DNA of 58,335 nucleotides, counting the filler, from Gonapodya sp. JEL0774 (taxonomy: Eukaryota), in assembly GCA_027604505.1 (NCBI GenBank). It is 7 parts of 7 records of this genome, joined end to end, with 100 filler letters (N's around TTAATTAATTAA, not from the genome) between each part and the next. Parts side by side here need not be neighbours in the genome. Positions count along the whole stretch, not along the records: positions 1 to 8,329 come from JADIIX010000464.1; positions 8,430 to 16,728 come from JADIIX010000465.1; 5 more parts are not named here. One strand, 5' to 3'. A program made the translations under genes and the position numbers. Below the pieces are notes generated by a model. The model saw nothing but the letters and a program-made list of their open reading frames with translations, did not search any database and was not told where the DNA came from. Below, piece by piece: positions 1-12,359 of the stretch; the stretch's first letter is position 1; each line of letters opens with the position of its first letter.

Positions 1-548
1 CCTGCGGCACCAGCGAACCCGTCGGACCGACCAGACGCCATACCGACCTTCTTGTCGCACTTTTTCATGTTCACGAGCGGCGTGCTGTATATCGGCAACT
101 CGGCTTCCGGTGTGCCGCCTAAATGGGCGGCGGCCGCGGATCTCGACGCGGTGCAACTCGCCAACGGGTTGGTGGCGTTGAGTTTCGGAGGTGGGTTTGT
201 GATTTCACGAGCTTGTCGCGAACGTTGAAACACTCTCCGTTTCTCACACCAAACAACCGCCTCCACTCCATTCATGGGCTAGGCTTCTCCTGGATCATCT
301 TCATCGGCTCCCTCGCCGCTGCAGCCTTGGGGCGCCGTCCTTCCAAAAACCCAGACGGCGGAGACGAAGATGGCGATGGAGCGCACATCTTGCACGAGGA
401 TCACGGATTCGACCAGGACGAGGGCGGTGAGGCTGGCGTGGTGAATGCGCAAAGGAGTGGAGGCTCGGGTTTGCGCGCGGCGGATAAGGGGGATGTGGAA
501 GGGGTCGGGGATGTCGAAATGGAGGCGTTCTTGGAACATGATGAATGA
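1..548 (+). CDS. 3' end of a membrane protein (possibly YTP1-like); 5'-truncated
   Basis: Open frame from base 1 (..TFLSHFFMFTSGVLYIGNS..QLAN), a GT..AG intron, then GFSWIIFIGSLAAAALG and an acidic tail ending at TGA 548. Two hydrophobic segments. The YTP1 resemblance is weak. Confidence 0.45.
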
Positions 549-1152
549 AGGACAGGGTGGGGAGTGGTTGGACGTTGACGTGCGGGAGATCCAGAGATGC
601 CGGTGTCACGTGCTTTGATCAGCTGGCGTTCCTCTTTTGTGCTATGTTCCTTTCCGACGTGTTTATGTAATGCAAATTAGTTTTCGGTAGTAGCTGTATT
701 GTTCCAATGAGAATTCGAACTAACGAACGACAACCTGTGATTGCTAATTAATTGCGACCCAGCCCTCCACTGGAACAACGGCAACTCTTGTTTTGCTGCG
801 TTTCCTTTCACGTCTGTTGAGTGCGACAGAAGGCGATCCTCTCCTAACTATTTTGTATCAGCACGGCTGGTAATGGAATCCGTGACTGCTTCTGCGCAGA
901 TTCCCGAAAGAAGCGCGATGTCGCGTAGGCATGCTTCCGCTCGGCTCGGATGGATATGTTTAGCCGCCGCGCATGCTGATTATGTTGACGGCTTAATTAC
1001 AAAACCTTTGAGACCATTCGAGAACTTGCAATGACTTTCCATCATTTTCGAGAACAGACGCTGCGCTTTGCCGAATGGAACTTAAAAGCTCAAATTGAAT
1101 CCACATTGTTTGTTGTACAGTGTTGAGCTGAAAGCTTAAGACACAGCACACA

Positions 1153-2044
1153 ATGGCAGCAACACACCCAGGAGATCGAGGTACGGCTCCCCCATCAGTC
1201 ATCCATCACATCCTCACATCACTGCGTGAATCTCTCCTCTTCTCTCTCGACTGACTGTTCCGTGTTTTCCCCTCTGCACCCCCCCGCCCCCTCCCCAGCC
1301 GTCAATACGTCAGGAGTCTCCCTCTATGAAGCCACAGAGGTCGACCGTGGCACATCCGTGTACGAGACCGTCGGCGCCGAAACTCTCCTGCGTCTCGCCA
1401 CCGAATTCTACAACCGCGTTTACGATGATGATCAGCAATGGTTCAAGTGAGCATGTTCTGTCTTTCTCCAGAGCGGTAGCTTTCTGATGTCTTCATACTT
1501 GATCTAATTTACTTATATCTGTTCCCTTTCATTCTCTCAGGTCCATTTTTGCTGGCATCCCCAAGGATCGCGCCATTCGAAACCAGTACAACTTCTTTCT
1601 CAAGAGGCTCGGTGGGCCACCGCACTTCAGTAAGCTTTTTCAATCGAGAACTTTGTGCTAGTTGTCTGTTATTTTAATATGTCGGAACCGTTCGCATGCC
1701 CACCCACCACTGCACTCCTGCAATGCTATTAAAATCGAACATCTACTCAATGTTTCGAACCGCTCCTGTTAGGACGCTCTATTATTAATCTTGTCCCCAT
1801 TCACACTCGGTTCAACGTTTCACCGCAAGCGGCTGTTCGCTGGCTTGAACATATGTCCGCTGCACTCGACGTCGTGTGCTCTCCGGGACCGGACGGAACT
1901 GCTCCGGCCATGGACGGGCAGACAAGAAAGAAAATGTGGGACATGCTCACATTCTCAGCGTGGTTCCTGGTAGGGGCGCAGGAGATGAGGGAACAGCTGA
2001 CGAGCGGAAGTGCGGTGACGGGAGATTCAGCAAGGGCAGTCTAG
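1153..2044 (+). CDS. Group II truncated (2/2) haemoglobin, plant GLB3-like
   Basis: Four exons (1153-1180, 1299-1446, 1541-1629, 1773-2044) splice in frame to ..[110 protein letters not shown]. This matches the GLB3 motifs FYxRVYDD, WFxSIF, AIxNQY, GGPP, proximal His and RWLEHM. Confidence 0.9.
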
Positions 2045-2341
2045 TTGCAGACGGTCCTAGATTGCTTAGTTTTGTTTCATATTCTTCTTCCAATTTTCAT
2101 TTAGTTTTTATTGTATCCCATAGTAAAGTACAGATAAGATAAAAATGCCGAAAGCTCCACAAAACAAAAACTTATTGTTGGTTTCAACCAAATCCACTGT
2201 ACCTCCGCGCACCTTGCAGCACCTGCCCGCCCTTCTGGGAGCATTCCACCACAGCTCTGCTCATCCCTCAACGCATCCTTCACCTCAACACATCAGCACC
2301 ACTTGCCTGTTACATCATCCAAAACACCACCCCGGCCGGCC

Positions 2342-3488
2342 TCACTCTCGTACCACACCTCCCTGAAGTGCCAGAATCTCCCTCGCAACGGCCTCGCCCA
2401 ACCTGTCGTACCCCGCGTGCGTCAGATGGACCCAGTCCTCGTCCCAATACGTGGCGCGGAAGGCGTCTGAGGCGGTGCCGAGGGGGAGGTGGGAGGGGGT
2501 TGAGAAGGGGTGCAGGCGGGGACGGGAGTGCGTGTGGGAGCTTCAAGGGGGTTTAGGGATATATCGAGGGGGAGGTGGGTGCTTGGTGAGACGGACGTAA
2601 ATGATACGCTAGACTGCCCATCGGGAGCTCATCACGTAGTCTTCGAATGGGGTACGTCGAGGCGGAGCGCCCGGCCTTGAGACAAGGCGCCGCAAGTGCC
2701 TCCCCAAACTGACGCACACATGTCTCCCCGCCACCCACCACAAATTTCTCCATTCCTGACACTCACCGTAACCACGCATTCAGCTCCACCCTAGCCCGTT
2801 CTCTCTCCTCCGGTGCCGGAAAATCCACCTCGAGGACTTCACAGCAGAGCACGCGGGTGTGGTCAGAGTGAGATAGGCAGAGGTCGTAGAGGGATTGAAG
2901 GGTGGTGGTGATGGTTGAGGACTGATAGGTGTGGGCGGGCGGGGACAGGGAGGGGCAAAAAAATGAGTGGGGCGGTTTGGCGGGATGGATGGCCGAGATA
3001 GGCAAGAGCAAAGAGACGTACCGGGATATCGTGGAAGAGATCGTTCGTGCCTTTGGGGGGAACGTGGTGCGTAGTTCGGTTGTTATCAAGAGCATCGGGT
3101 ACGAATGCGTTCATTCTATCATGGTCTTCAGTCGCAGTGCGCTTGCGCTTTCATTGATCCCATTGGTTTTCGACTCGAAAATGTTTTTTGAAACGATTCG
3201 ATCTTCACCTCCCATCACAACCACCCAATCGAACAACGCTCCTTCCCTTCGCGCTTTCTCAAGCGCCGCCCGCAATCGTCTCTCGAATCCAGTGTCTCCG
3301 CCTGTGTGGACCACGGTGTCGCCGGGCTCGCCCTCCACCACGACGTGAACTGGGGAGTGGGCGAGTTGGACGAAAGGGTGAGATTCGAAGGAACGGACAA
3401 GGGCGATGGCGTATGGGTGATCGGTGGACGTCAGGTTGAATCCGGACGTGAGGGAGTCACCCAGCAGGAGGATTCGGAAGGCGTTCAT
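2342..3488 (-). CDS. SGNH/GDSL hydrolase (esterase/lipase)
   Basis: Block I RILLLGDSLTSG, block III MGG|TNDL and block V DEDWVHLTHAGY on spliced minus-strand exons. Stop TGA at 2342-2344. Confidence 0.88.
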
Positions 3489-3703
3489 GGATTTTGTTGG
3501 GGAGCGGAAACGGGAGCACTCGCGCGGGTCCGCAAACATACCACGCCTATCTTCGCCAACACCCCAATGCATGACCTCTACCACGGGGATCACATTCACA
3601 CACCAAATGACATTCTATTTATCCGGCCATGGGAGTAGCGTGGGTTCTGAGGAGCTCATCTTTCCTTGACCGTGTCAGCCGTTCCAATTGACCGCCGCCA
3701 TGA

Positions 3704-4660
3704 TTACAGATTCCCGTCATCTTCTTGCGAGTGTGTCACAATGCCAGGTGGCTCCAGTGCCACCACAACCTTGTCTATAATAGCGCACCATGTACTATAA
3801 TCAATGCGATTGCCGTAAACACTGCAACCGAAGGGTTCCATATCATACGCCACCATCCATTCCGATCTCATCCGCTGGACAAAGGTACGAAATACACGGG
3901 GGAATTGCGCTTGAATATTTGTGTTGAGTGCCTCACACAGAATTGGAGGAACAATGTCCAAGACAGATGGAACGTGGAGCACAGGTAAGTCATTTGGTGG
4001 ACGGATCATCAAGCTCGCCAGGTAAGCCGCGATGAGGTGCGTAACTGCCTGCAGCATCACCTCTTATCGTGGAAGCCTGTCCTCTTTTGCATCTTTCTTG
4101 CGACGAAAATCATCCATATCAGCCATAATACTGGACTGGTATGCAACGATACTTCCAACTCACTAGTAAAACTGACCCAAATGACCGGTGCTCCACTGAG
4201 AGAACACACAAACAATATCTGCAATGGCAAGAGGGCTTGCGGAAGATCTTGAGCTGCAGCCCAGAGGATGTCTTCAAAAGTGTCGTGGCCAAGTTCCAGA
4301 TCAGTGTGGAAGCGGCGGAGTGCCAGATCAATGGGGAAGTGGCCATTTTGGAATAGCCACAATAGAGCAGGTTTGGAAAGGTCATTGTTCCAGAGAAGTT
4401 CATACAGATTGCGAGCAAAATGAGTCACGATTGTATAAACGATTTCGCAGAGCTTTGTGAACGCACTGGCGGAAGGTGGTTTGATGGGGTTCTGGATTTT
4501 GGTTTCCCCGCTTGCCTGTTGTTCGTCCTTTGTGGTCCCGTTTCAGAGCATGCAATCCACTCCTCATTCCCTTCTTCCTTGTCATATCTGCCTGGTACCG
4601 GTCCTGGTCGGGAACGTAAATAATCATTTTTGAATGTACGGACTACTGAGTGCGTTCTGC
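3704..4660 (-). pseudogene. Hypothetical protein, possibly disabled
   Basis: Two long minus-strand frames (about 4660-4057 and 4060-3704). The likely joining frame reads ..DRLPR*EVMLQ.. with an in-frame TAA at 4064-4066. No family recognised. Confidence 0.3.
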
Positions 4661-5034
4661 GACTTGGTATAAGGCTTAATTCCTACTCAGCGTCCGTACT
4701 TTGAGAACCTTTCACAGTACATTTTGCCTATGATTCTGAAGGTTGCACTTGAATTTTGTGGATATCAGGCAATCATCAGTGCCGCTCCAGAGGACTCACG
4801 GCACAACGGCAGTTGGATGGAATTTTGTTGTCTGAAAAAGAAACCATCAGCACTTCAACGGCAGTCGAACTCTGCAAAATCAGCGAGTTCATTCATCATT
4901 GATCTGAGTGAGCATCAGCGTTTCTAAAGGGCTCGCTGAGTTATATTTGAATGGTCTCCTCTGCTTTCCGTTCCGAAAAGCCACCTAAAAAAACTCACCG
5001 GCTTCGAACCGACGAGGGTTCACAGCATCCAGAT

Positions 5035-7223
5035 ATGGTGCGAATGAGATACGCTACCTTCAATGCTGCTTGCCTTCCCCGCGTTCCTCAGCGCTGTCCT
5101 GATGTCGCCTGTCCTTCCCCGTCCGCAGGCTGATATGTCCAGTGCCGGTCCGCAGCATATTGGCATGATGGGCAGCAGCCACCAGGGCTTCCAGTACAAT
5201 GTCAACCAGCAATTCGCTCCCTTCTTCGATCCCGCCTTCTCCTCCCAGCCGCTTTCAAACATGTGGATTCCCCAGTCACCGCGTGCGCAGCCATTGGAGG
5301 TTGTAACCCTAGAAGACGTCGGCAACCCGTCATTCAACAAAAAGCAATTCGTATGTGTCGAATGCGGAGCGACCTTCTCAAAGTGAGTGCTGCGCTGGGG
5401 AGTGTCGGGTTGGGGGGTCTCTTGGAGTGCTTGCACTCACTTCGCCCTTTCAACCCATCAGAAAATTCAACCACGACACTCATCTCGAAATCCACAGAAC
5501 AGACCGCGTCAAGATCCCGTGTGACTTCAACTGCGGATCTGAGTTTTATCGCAGATCGGATCTCATCAGACAGTGCGTGGCCCACCCCTCGCTTCGTTCC
5601 CTTGTCCTTGGTTTATTTTCGGGTTCTAAAACTTTGCTGTGTGCCTTTCCCAGCCGCAAGGCCCACGAACTCGGTCACAAGCCTTACGTGTGCGAGCTGT
5701 GCGGGAAAGACTTTGCAAGGTCAGTGAATTTGGTCGCACCTTGTCTCTGCACCCTTGCTCTTAAGACCTTTACCCCGCACCGTGACATACTCCCCCTTAT
5801 CCATCTCGATTTTCGCGTACCCTCCAGAAAAGACCGCAAAGTCGCCCACGAATCCAAATGCACCGGCGAGACCCCCAAACCTCTGCAACCCCGCCCTAAA
5901 CAAACTTCCCTCCCCAGACACGCCACTACCAGCGACCCGTACCCGACCACCCTTGTCTCCCACTCGTCTACTCCCTTGCATACACCGCAGAGGAACGCCA
6001 TGACGGGAACGGGCCAGTACAGTCCCGCCGTGCGAGAGTACCCGGCAGCGTCTGCATCGCCGATCCAGTCTCCACAGTCCAATTGGTCCACACATCAGTA
6101 CGATGTTTACAGAGTAGCTGACGGTGCCCATACCCCTACCGCTCCACCGCTCGTGCCCGCACAGTCCGATTCACCACCGGTACCCCAAAACCAGCCACCC
6201 ATTACGGCGCAGTACACGTACCAATACCAGAACCAGTACCAAAACGCGTACCCCAACCAATACGCACCATCCACATGGCATTTGGGGCAAGGACCCAGCA
6301 GTGCTCAGGGCGGGGGCGTCCCCATGTCTTTGCAAGGGCAGCCCGGGCCATTGACGCCCCGAGGCCCGCAAGCCCTTCCGGCGTACTACGGAGGACATAA
6401 CGACGGATACGAGACGTACCATCACCCCAGGTCTGCATCGAATTTTACACAGAACGCCTCACGGGCAGATGTTGGACAGATGCAGGGGTGGGGCGCACCG
6501 ACGGGAGCACGGCCACAACAACAGAACCCGCCACCTCAGAATCTGCTGCCTCAGCAACAGCAACAGCAGCAGCAAGGGTACACATGGACTATACCATCGG
6601 GACCACCTGGACCATCTGAACCGCCTCACACGGTGACTATGCGTTCCGATGGTTCGAGGGTGGGAGCGGAGCCGTTCCAGCACCACCACGATCTCCGGCC
6701 CGTCTCCGCGCCCTCGCCAGCCCAGGGTGCGTCGAGGAACCACTCCCCGCTACCGTCGACGAGCAGAGACCAGTCCAGATCGCCTCTTTCTCAACAGCGC
6801 GGTGGGGGTGGCCATTCCAACAACTCATCCCACCACCAACTGGTAGATGCCTGGGACGGGAGAGTCGTAGAACCCGCCGGACACGCAGGTGTAGTTTCTA
6901 TCGGGACGGGGACGTATGGGGGACAGGCACGGACGGTTGCCGTGGGTGCGGTAGAAGAGTGGACCGGCACACAGGGATCTTATGGCACACTCAAACTTGC
7001 GGGAGTGGTTGCTCCAACACTGCACCAGTCACCCCTCTCGGGGGACTCGGTCGCGCAAGTACAGCGCGATGAACACGCACCTCGGCAGGAGGGGTCCTGG
7101 GGGTCGACAGTTGTGAACGGGAATGGTGGGCAATATGGGTCAGTACCCAGAAAGGGATCAGACGTGTTCGATGGACATGTGTACCCCGTCCACACACACG
7201 ATCCTACCTCACCCGTTGCATAA
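5035..7223 (+). CDS. C2H2 zinc-finger transcription factor with long P/Q/S-rich tail
   Basis: Spliced fingers FVCVECGATFSK|KFNHDTHLEIH, IPCDFNCGSEFYRRSDLIR|RKAHELGH and KPYVCELCGKDFAR|KDRKVAHESKC. Probable ATG-only first coding exon at 5035, followed by a GTGCGA..CAG intron. Confidence 0.88.
6552..6575 (+). repeat. CAG/CAA poly-glutamine tract (Q8)
   Basis: cagcaacagcaacagcagcagcaa, in frame in the C2H2 gene. Confidence 0.85.
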
Positions 7224-7654
7224 TTCAGACGGGTGAAAATCTTATCGGCGCACCTTTGTGCGGGGGATGATCTGCATGTGGTGTCTGGTTTGGGTGCGGT
7301 ACGAGAGGGAACCGGTTGATACCGTAGTTGATACCGAGACGGGGAGGATGAAACGAAGTCGAAGCATAGATACCGTGAATGTACTTTTCTCTGTAAACTT
7401 GAAATGAAGAATCTTACAATCCGTCGTGGTGATCTTGGTGGTATTGGGCATCGTGGAATGTGCACATACAAGTCCGTCTTTGGAAAATTCGGCTTCCACA
7501 ACTGAAGCCATAAATCTAAATTATACCAAACATCCTGAAAACTACTCAAAGTAAGGACAATACGAAAACGAGAACCAACCGCCCGCCGAGAGACGCACAG
7601 CACAGTCTTGCTGTTGAACACCATGCGCCATCTCATCAACTCCACGGGGGTCGA

Positions 7655-8329
7655 TTACAAGTCCATTAACGGATGCCAACCCTCAGGTTTCTTCCGCTCC
7701 TCTACGACTTTCACCACGGGTGGCGGAGTGGCGGGAGTAGTTGTTGGTACTACGGAATTGCGCTGAACAGCGGTGTACGGTGTGTCCGCGGGCGGGAAGA
7801 TGGGGAGACTCTTACGCTCGAGCGGCGGGGACGGTGGTGTAAAGGTGGGCGAGGACAGAGACGCAGGGGTGCCGGTTGTTCCGTTTGTGGTGGGGGTGCG
7901 GAAGGGTGTGTGATGGCCAAACGACATCGCGGTAAACTCGTTCGTGGGAGGCCGCGAATCCAGTACTGATGCAGACGCCTTTCGCGGGCCACCATCTGAC
8001 ACATCTTCGTTCGACCATGGGTTGAAGTCCATCCCACCAAGTGGATCCGCAGGTTTCACACTACTGGAGGGAATCGCTGCTCCAGTACCACCAAACGCAG
8101 CTTCCAATCCCGCCGCCGCTTTACTCAGTGCGATATCCGACGCTGCAGCGACGGATTCCAGTCCTGCCGCGGCTCGAGAGAAAACCGATTCGAAAAAAGC
8201 ACCTCCTGAGGTCGTCCTCGTCGCTAGAGTGGTCGGGAGGGGTGAACCCCACCCGTCACCATCTGCGCCATCACCACTCCATCCATCGAATGTGGGAGGT
8301 GCGGGTTTGAAAGTAGTGGTGGTAGTTGT
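7655..8329 (-). CDS. C-terminal low-complexity part of a probable trafficking/endocytic protein; 5'-truncated
   Basis: Open minus-strand frame from the contig edge to TAA at 7655. S/T/P/G-rich, contains GWG and DFNPW motifs and ends in LMDL, which resembles a C-terminal clathrin box. Confidence 0.5.
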   Translation of the reverse strand, partial: TTTTTTFKPAPPTFDGWSGDGADGDGWGSPLPTTLATRTTSGGAFFESVFSRAAAGLESVAAASDIALSKAAAGLEAAFGGTGAAIPSSSVKPADPLGGMDFNPWSNEDVSDGGPRKASASVLDSRPPTNEFTAMSFGHHTPFRTPTTNGTTGTPASLSSPTFTPPSPPLERKSLPIFPPADTPYTAVQRNSVVPTTTPATPPPVVKVVEERKKPEGWHPLMDL

Positions 8330-8429
8330 NNNNNNNNNNNNNNNNNNNNNNNNNNNNNNNNNNNNNNNNNNNNTTAATTAATTAANNNNNNNNNNNNNNN
8401 NNNNNNNNNNNNNNNNNNNNNNNNNNNNN
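8330..8429. other. Artificial contig linker
   Basis: 44 N + TTAATTAATTAA (stops in all six frames) + 44 N. Confidence 0.98.
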
Positions 8430-9306
8430 GGTTCGTCGCAAGTGGGCCTGGGACTTCCCAAATTGGCTGACGCCATGCCGAAGGAATCACACGAACTGTG
8501 GAAGGGGCACTACAAGAGTCCGACGACCGGAAAGTTTTTCCACCACTTCTTTGACGTGAGGCACCAAACCTACAACCTTCAGGAGATCACAAAGCTAACC
8601 ATTGGAACAGAATGGTGTAAATGGGTGCGAGTGAGTCATGATTGACGGAAAAACAAATCAGCAAAAGTCCTGTTCTGTAGTTGAACCTCCAACTACCAAA
8701 GCGTATGGTTTACACGTTATCCGTTGCTTCTTTTGCCCACAGTGGAACTCTGGAGACGTCCAAGACATACCTAGCCTCGCATTTTGGGGTGATATGTCCA
8801 TGAGTCCGATCATCATACACAACTTTTTCGGTGCGCAAGCGAAAACAAAACAACGTGTTTGGACACCCGTGAGTTGATATGTTGTTATAGTTTCTTCCGC
8901 ATTCACCGTCAATCCCAAGTTGCTGGCTTTTTTCAAATAGACCATGGACTTCACCATCCAAATCCGTCGTCTGCCCACACCAGGTGCAGAATGGATCTTG
9001 GTTCGCTCACGGGCAGCGTTGACCACAAATGGCCGCAAGTGTCTTGATATTGAAATGTGGGATGAAGAAGGGAATCTTTTGGCCCTTTCCAGGTGAGTAT
9101 ATACCCGTGCATTGGAACATTGAGGAGCCCCTATCACTAACACTCAGCTGCAATGTTTCGCAGGCAAATGCAGACAGCCGTTGTTGTGAGCGATGCACGG
9201 CAAGCACGAGTACTGGAAGCTAACGAAGCGGGGCGTTTGGCAGCCGCTTCGGATACTTCCGCTCCCCCCTCCAGAACAGCGAAAATATGATCTGGCATTT
9301 ATGTAA
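8430..9306 (+). CDS. Hotdog-fold acyl-CoA thioesterase-like protein; 5'-truncated
   Basis: Spliced ..IPSLAFWGD..WTP|TMDFTIQIRRLPTPGAEWILVRSRAALTTNGRKCLDIEMWDEEGNLLALSR|Q.., the typical TesB/4HBT-like C-terminus. Stop TAA at 9304-9306. Confidence 0.82.
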
Positions 9307-9710
9307 TCTACTTCCAAATGCGTATATGTGGTATGCCAAAGTTTCCGTGTAGTGTAGAATCGGGCCAAATGTGGATCAGTCGTCAGGTCTTTGGCAAATC
9401 TATTAGAATATAGATGATGTACGTACAACGAGAAAAGGAATGGCTCCAGTCCTCGACGGGAGCCATTCTTTCAACAATATAAACTCAGAAAGTGAACTTC
9501 TATAATCATTACTGTACTCAGGATAAAGGACTATGATCGCGCTGCAGACGTCGCATACACCGGAGACTTGCGAATACGTTCAGCTGAAACCAGTGAACGG
9601 TCTTGACCTGTCACGTCCAAGAAATAGGACAATTTATCTCTATCACCGTAAACACCTACTCATCTACCGTTCCAGTCACCCATATGTGGAGTTGCCCTTT
9701 TCACATATTC

Positions 9711-11892
9711 CTACCCTTCACAGACCTGGCACGGACATGCCATCCTGAACAAGAACAGCTCGTACACCGACCGTGCAAAGCAGCAACAGCAGGCTACCTG
9801 AGAATACATCCGAGTGTGTGTGAGACATACAGGACACTAAACCAGGCGCCCTGGACAAAACACAAGCGACGTGAGCCTCACAATCAGAATGTGCCATATG
9901 CTATGAGAACTGCCGACGTAATCAAACGTTCCGGGGGAGAAGCACTCTGGGAAGCTGGTTTAAAACGTGGTATTAAAGGATTAATATCACAGTCGGTATG
10001 GTCAGATATATACCCAAAAACAAAGGCGTCCCTTCACTCGCCTCGAGACTCACCGTGTGAGATACACCATCAAACCTGCCCCCAAGAACCCAAAGCACCC
10101 CAGCAGCCACACCATCCAGTGCCCCTCAGCCCACACACCCGCCCCACCGGCGCCCACCTCCACCACGTGGTGAACGAGCGGCGCTGTGGTGGACGCCAAG
10201 GTGGTGGTCAGGCCCGCCAAGCGGACGAACCGGTACTGCGGGTCCACCCAGGGTTTAAACCTGGGGCCGAGCACGGGGAGGAGGCACACGGCGAGGATGA
10301 GCGAGGAGTACATGATGATGGCGCGGGGGTTGCAGAAGTGGAGGTAGTAGCTTTGTTCGGGAGGACGGTTCGAGGGTATGTGAGGAAACAGCAGACCGAG
10401 GTCGTGACCAAACCCGCCACGACAGGACTTGCACCTCGGGCAAACCAAAACCCCCAACCCCCCTACTCACGTCATGCTCAGCGCCGATCCTGCCAGCAGC
10501 ACAGCGATGCCGTTGGTATCCACTGCGCAGAATTTGGTGAAGGCCGCGGGCGAGTGCGGGTAGTGGGTATGGAACATGGCGCTAACGAGTGCGCACAGCG
10601 GGAGCGGGGGTGGCGATGACCCCCGCAGGACAAAAAGCAACGGCTCTCGGTCAGATAGGTTCGAGGCAGGGGCTATCACGCGTGGGTGGCCCTTCTCTGG
10701 CCGGAGAAAGGCCCACCAGGTACCAAACACGCACCGTCACTCACCTGCACATGAAGCACAACCCAACTGCCCCAACGTACCCAGAGAGCGCCAAACGGTC
10801 CCCAGCAGTGGCGTTTGGGTGCATGCCGGCCCAGAGGAACACGATAACGGCGAGGGAGATGACGGAGGGAACAAAGTGGGTGTGGATGTTCATTGTCTGG
10901 TTTCATGCCGGGGCGGATCGAGGGGAGGAATGTCAGGGCAAGGGAAGGGACCGGGCGAGGACAGGCAACGGCAGTGAGCTCACCTCGTTGTGCCACTGGA
11001 ACATGGTCCGCCAGTTTTGCTCCCAGGACGTGGACACACGGTACCTGTTTAGAACCGCGTGGCAATGAAAACAGCGTTCCACAGTCGTACGGAATGGACC
11101 GAGCGACCACGCTGGCATCTGCATCGTGGCGTGCGTTTCGGAACACTCAACAAAAAGGCACCCCCGTCCCCAGGAGGCAAGACTGACGTGTATGACGTAC
11201 CCTGTGAGTATCCCCGGTTCCCGCAGCCACTCGGGAGTTTCGTGCTCCGAGTACAGTACCAGCTCGTCCTGGTGGTCCTTTTCGGTTTCCAACCAGACTG
11301 CAGACGCTAAAACGGTCCACAAGGAGGTCCAGAATCCGCCACCGCGACCGGGGTCCGCGGACGGGGACGGGGACGGGGACCACGCCGAGGATCCGTCGTC
11401 CCCATTTTTATTCGGAGAGATGGTGGATTCGACTGCTGCAGGTGACCGGAGCTTTTCCGGGACGTCGCTCGGGCCTGGAGAGTGAACCGACGGTGTCGAT
11501 TGCGACGGTGGCGACGGTAACGTGGTATCGGAATCGCCCGTGCCGGTGCCACGACCACGATGAGGCTGTCGCAATTCCTCTAGCTGCAGCTGCAGATATT
11601 CCATGTCCGTGTCGTGATCCTCGGATCGGCGATGATCGCCCCCTTCTTCCCCTGTCCCACACCCTCCCGATTGTTCGGTACCACTACGTGCGACGATGGC
11701 ATGCGCAGGAGCAGTGAATGCTCTGCGGCCCTTTTTGAGCTGCACGGGTGCTCGTAGGGTTGGCGGAACTGGGACGGCCGTCGTTGTCCTCGCACGGGTG
11801 AAACGGGGTGGAGGTACGGCGTGGGGACTCAGACTGGGAGCGGAGGAGGGATGGTCAATGATGGCGGTGAAGGTTTTTCGGGAGATGGTCAT
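9711..11892 (-). CDS. PAQR / haemolysin-III (IZH/AdipoR-like) membrane protein
   Basis: Motifs PEWLREPGILTG|YR, WHNE|TMNIHTH, SAMFH, DTNGI and FPECFSPGTFDYVGSSHSIWHIL, with multiple TM segments. Stop TAG at 9711. Confidence 0.9.
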
Positions 11893-12359
11893 GTGGGGCG
11901 AGAGGGTTTTCTGGGACGGATGGCGGGATTTGGATCCGGTTCGCGGAATTGTGTTGCGGCGTACATATGATCCTGCCTACACCGACACACATATATTATG
12001 TTTGACTCCCGAGAAAGAAGTCGCTCTGTACTCGTCAGACCCACCAGCCAAGACAAAGAAATGCAATATGAAGTTGAACTTGCGCTTTTGAGCGTGTCGG
12101 AGGGCAACGGAGTCTGAAGGGCATGAGGACACACGGTTCGCAACAGAAGCACAAATGAGCCCAAGAAAGATCCTTCGGTTTGTCTTGGTTGTAAAACCAA
12201 GTCTAACGCGCTCCTCGCTGTGTCTTCCTTTTGGGCAGGGCTCCCTGAAAGCTTGTTCACGCTTCTAACAACGGACCAAAGCCACGCCGACATCGCACAT
12301 TTACACACCAATCGCTCAGTCTCTCGCCTGCTTCCCACGCCATCTCTTCGACGTTTTCG

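Noticed and set aside
9603..10619. 338-aa plus-strand ORF and many other long ORFs in the track
   Set aside because: It is the antisense shadow of the PAQR gene. GC-rich coding sequence yields spurious opposite-strand ORFs throughout the window.
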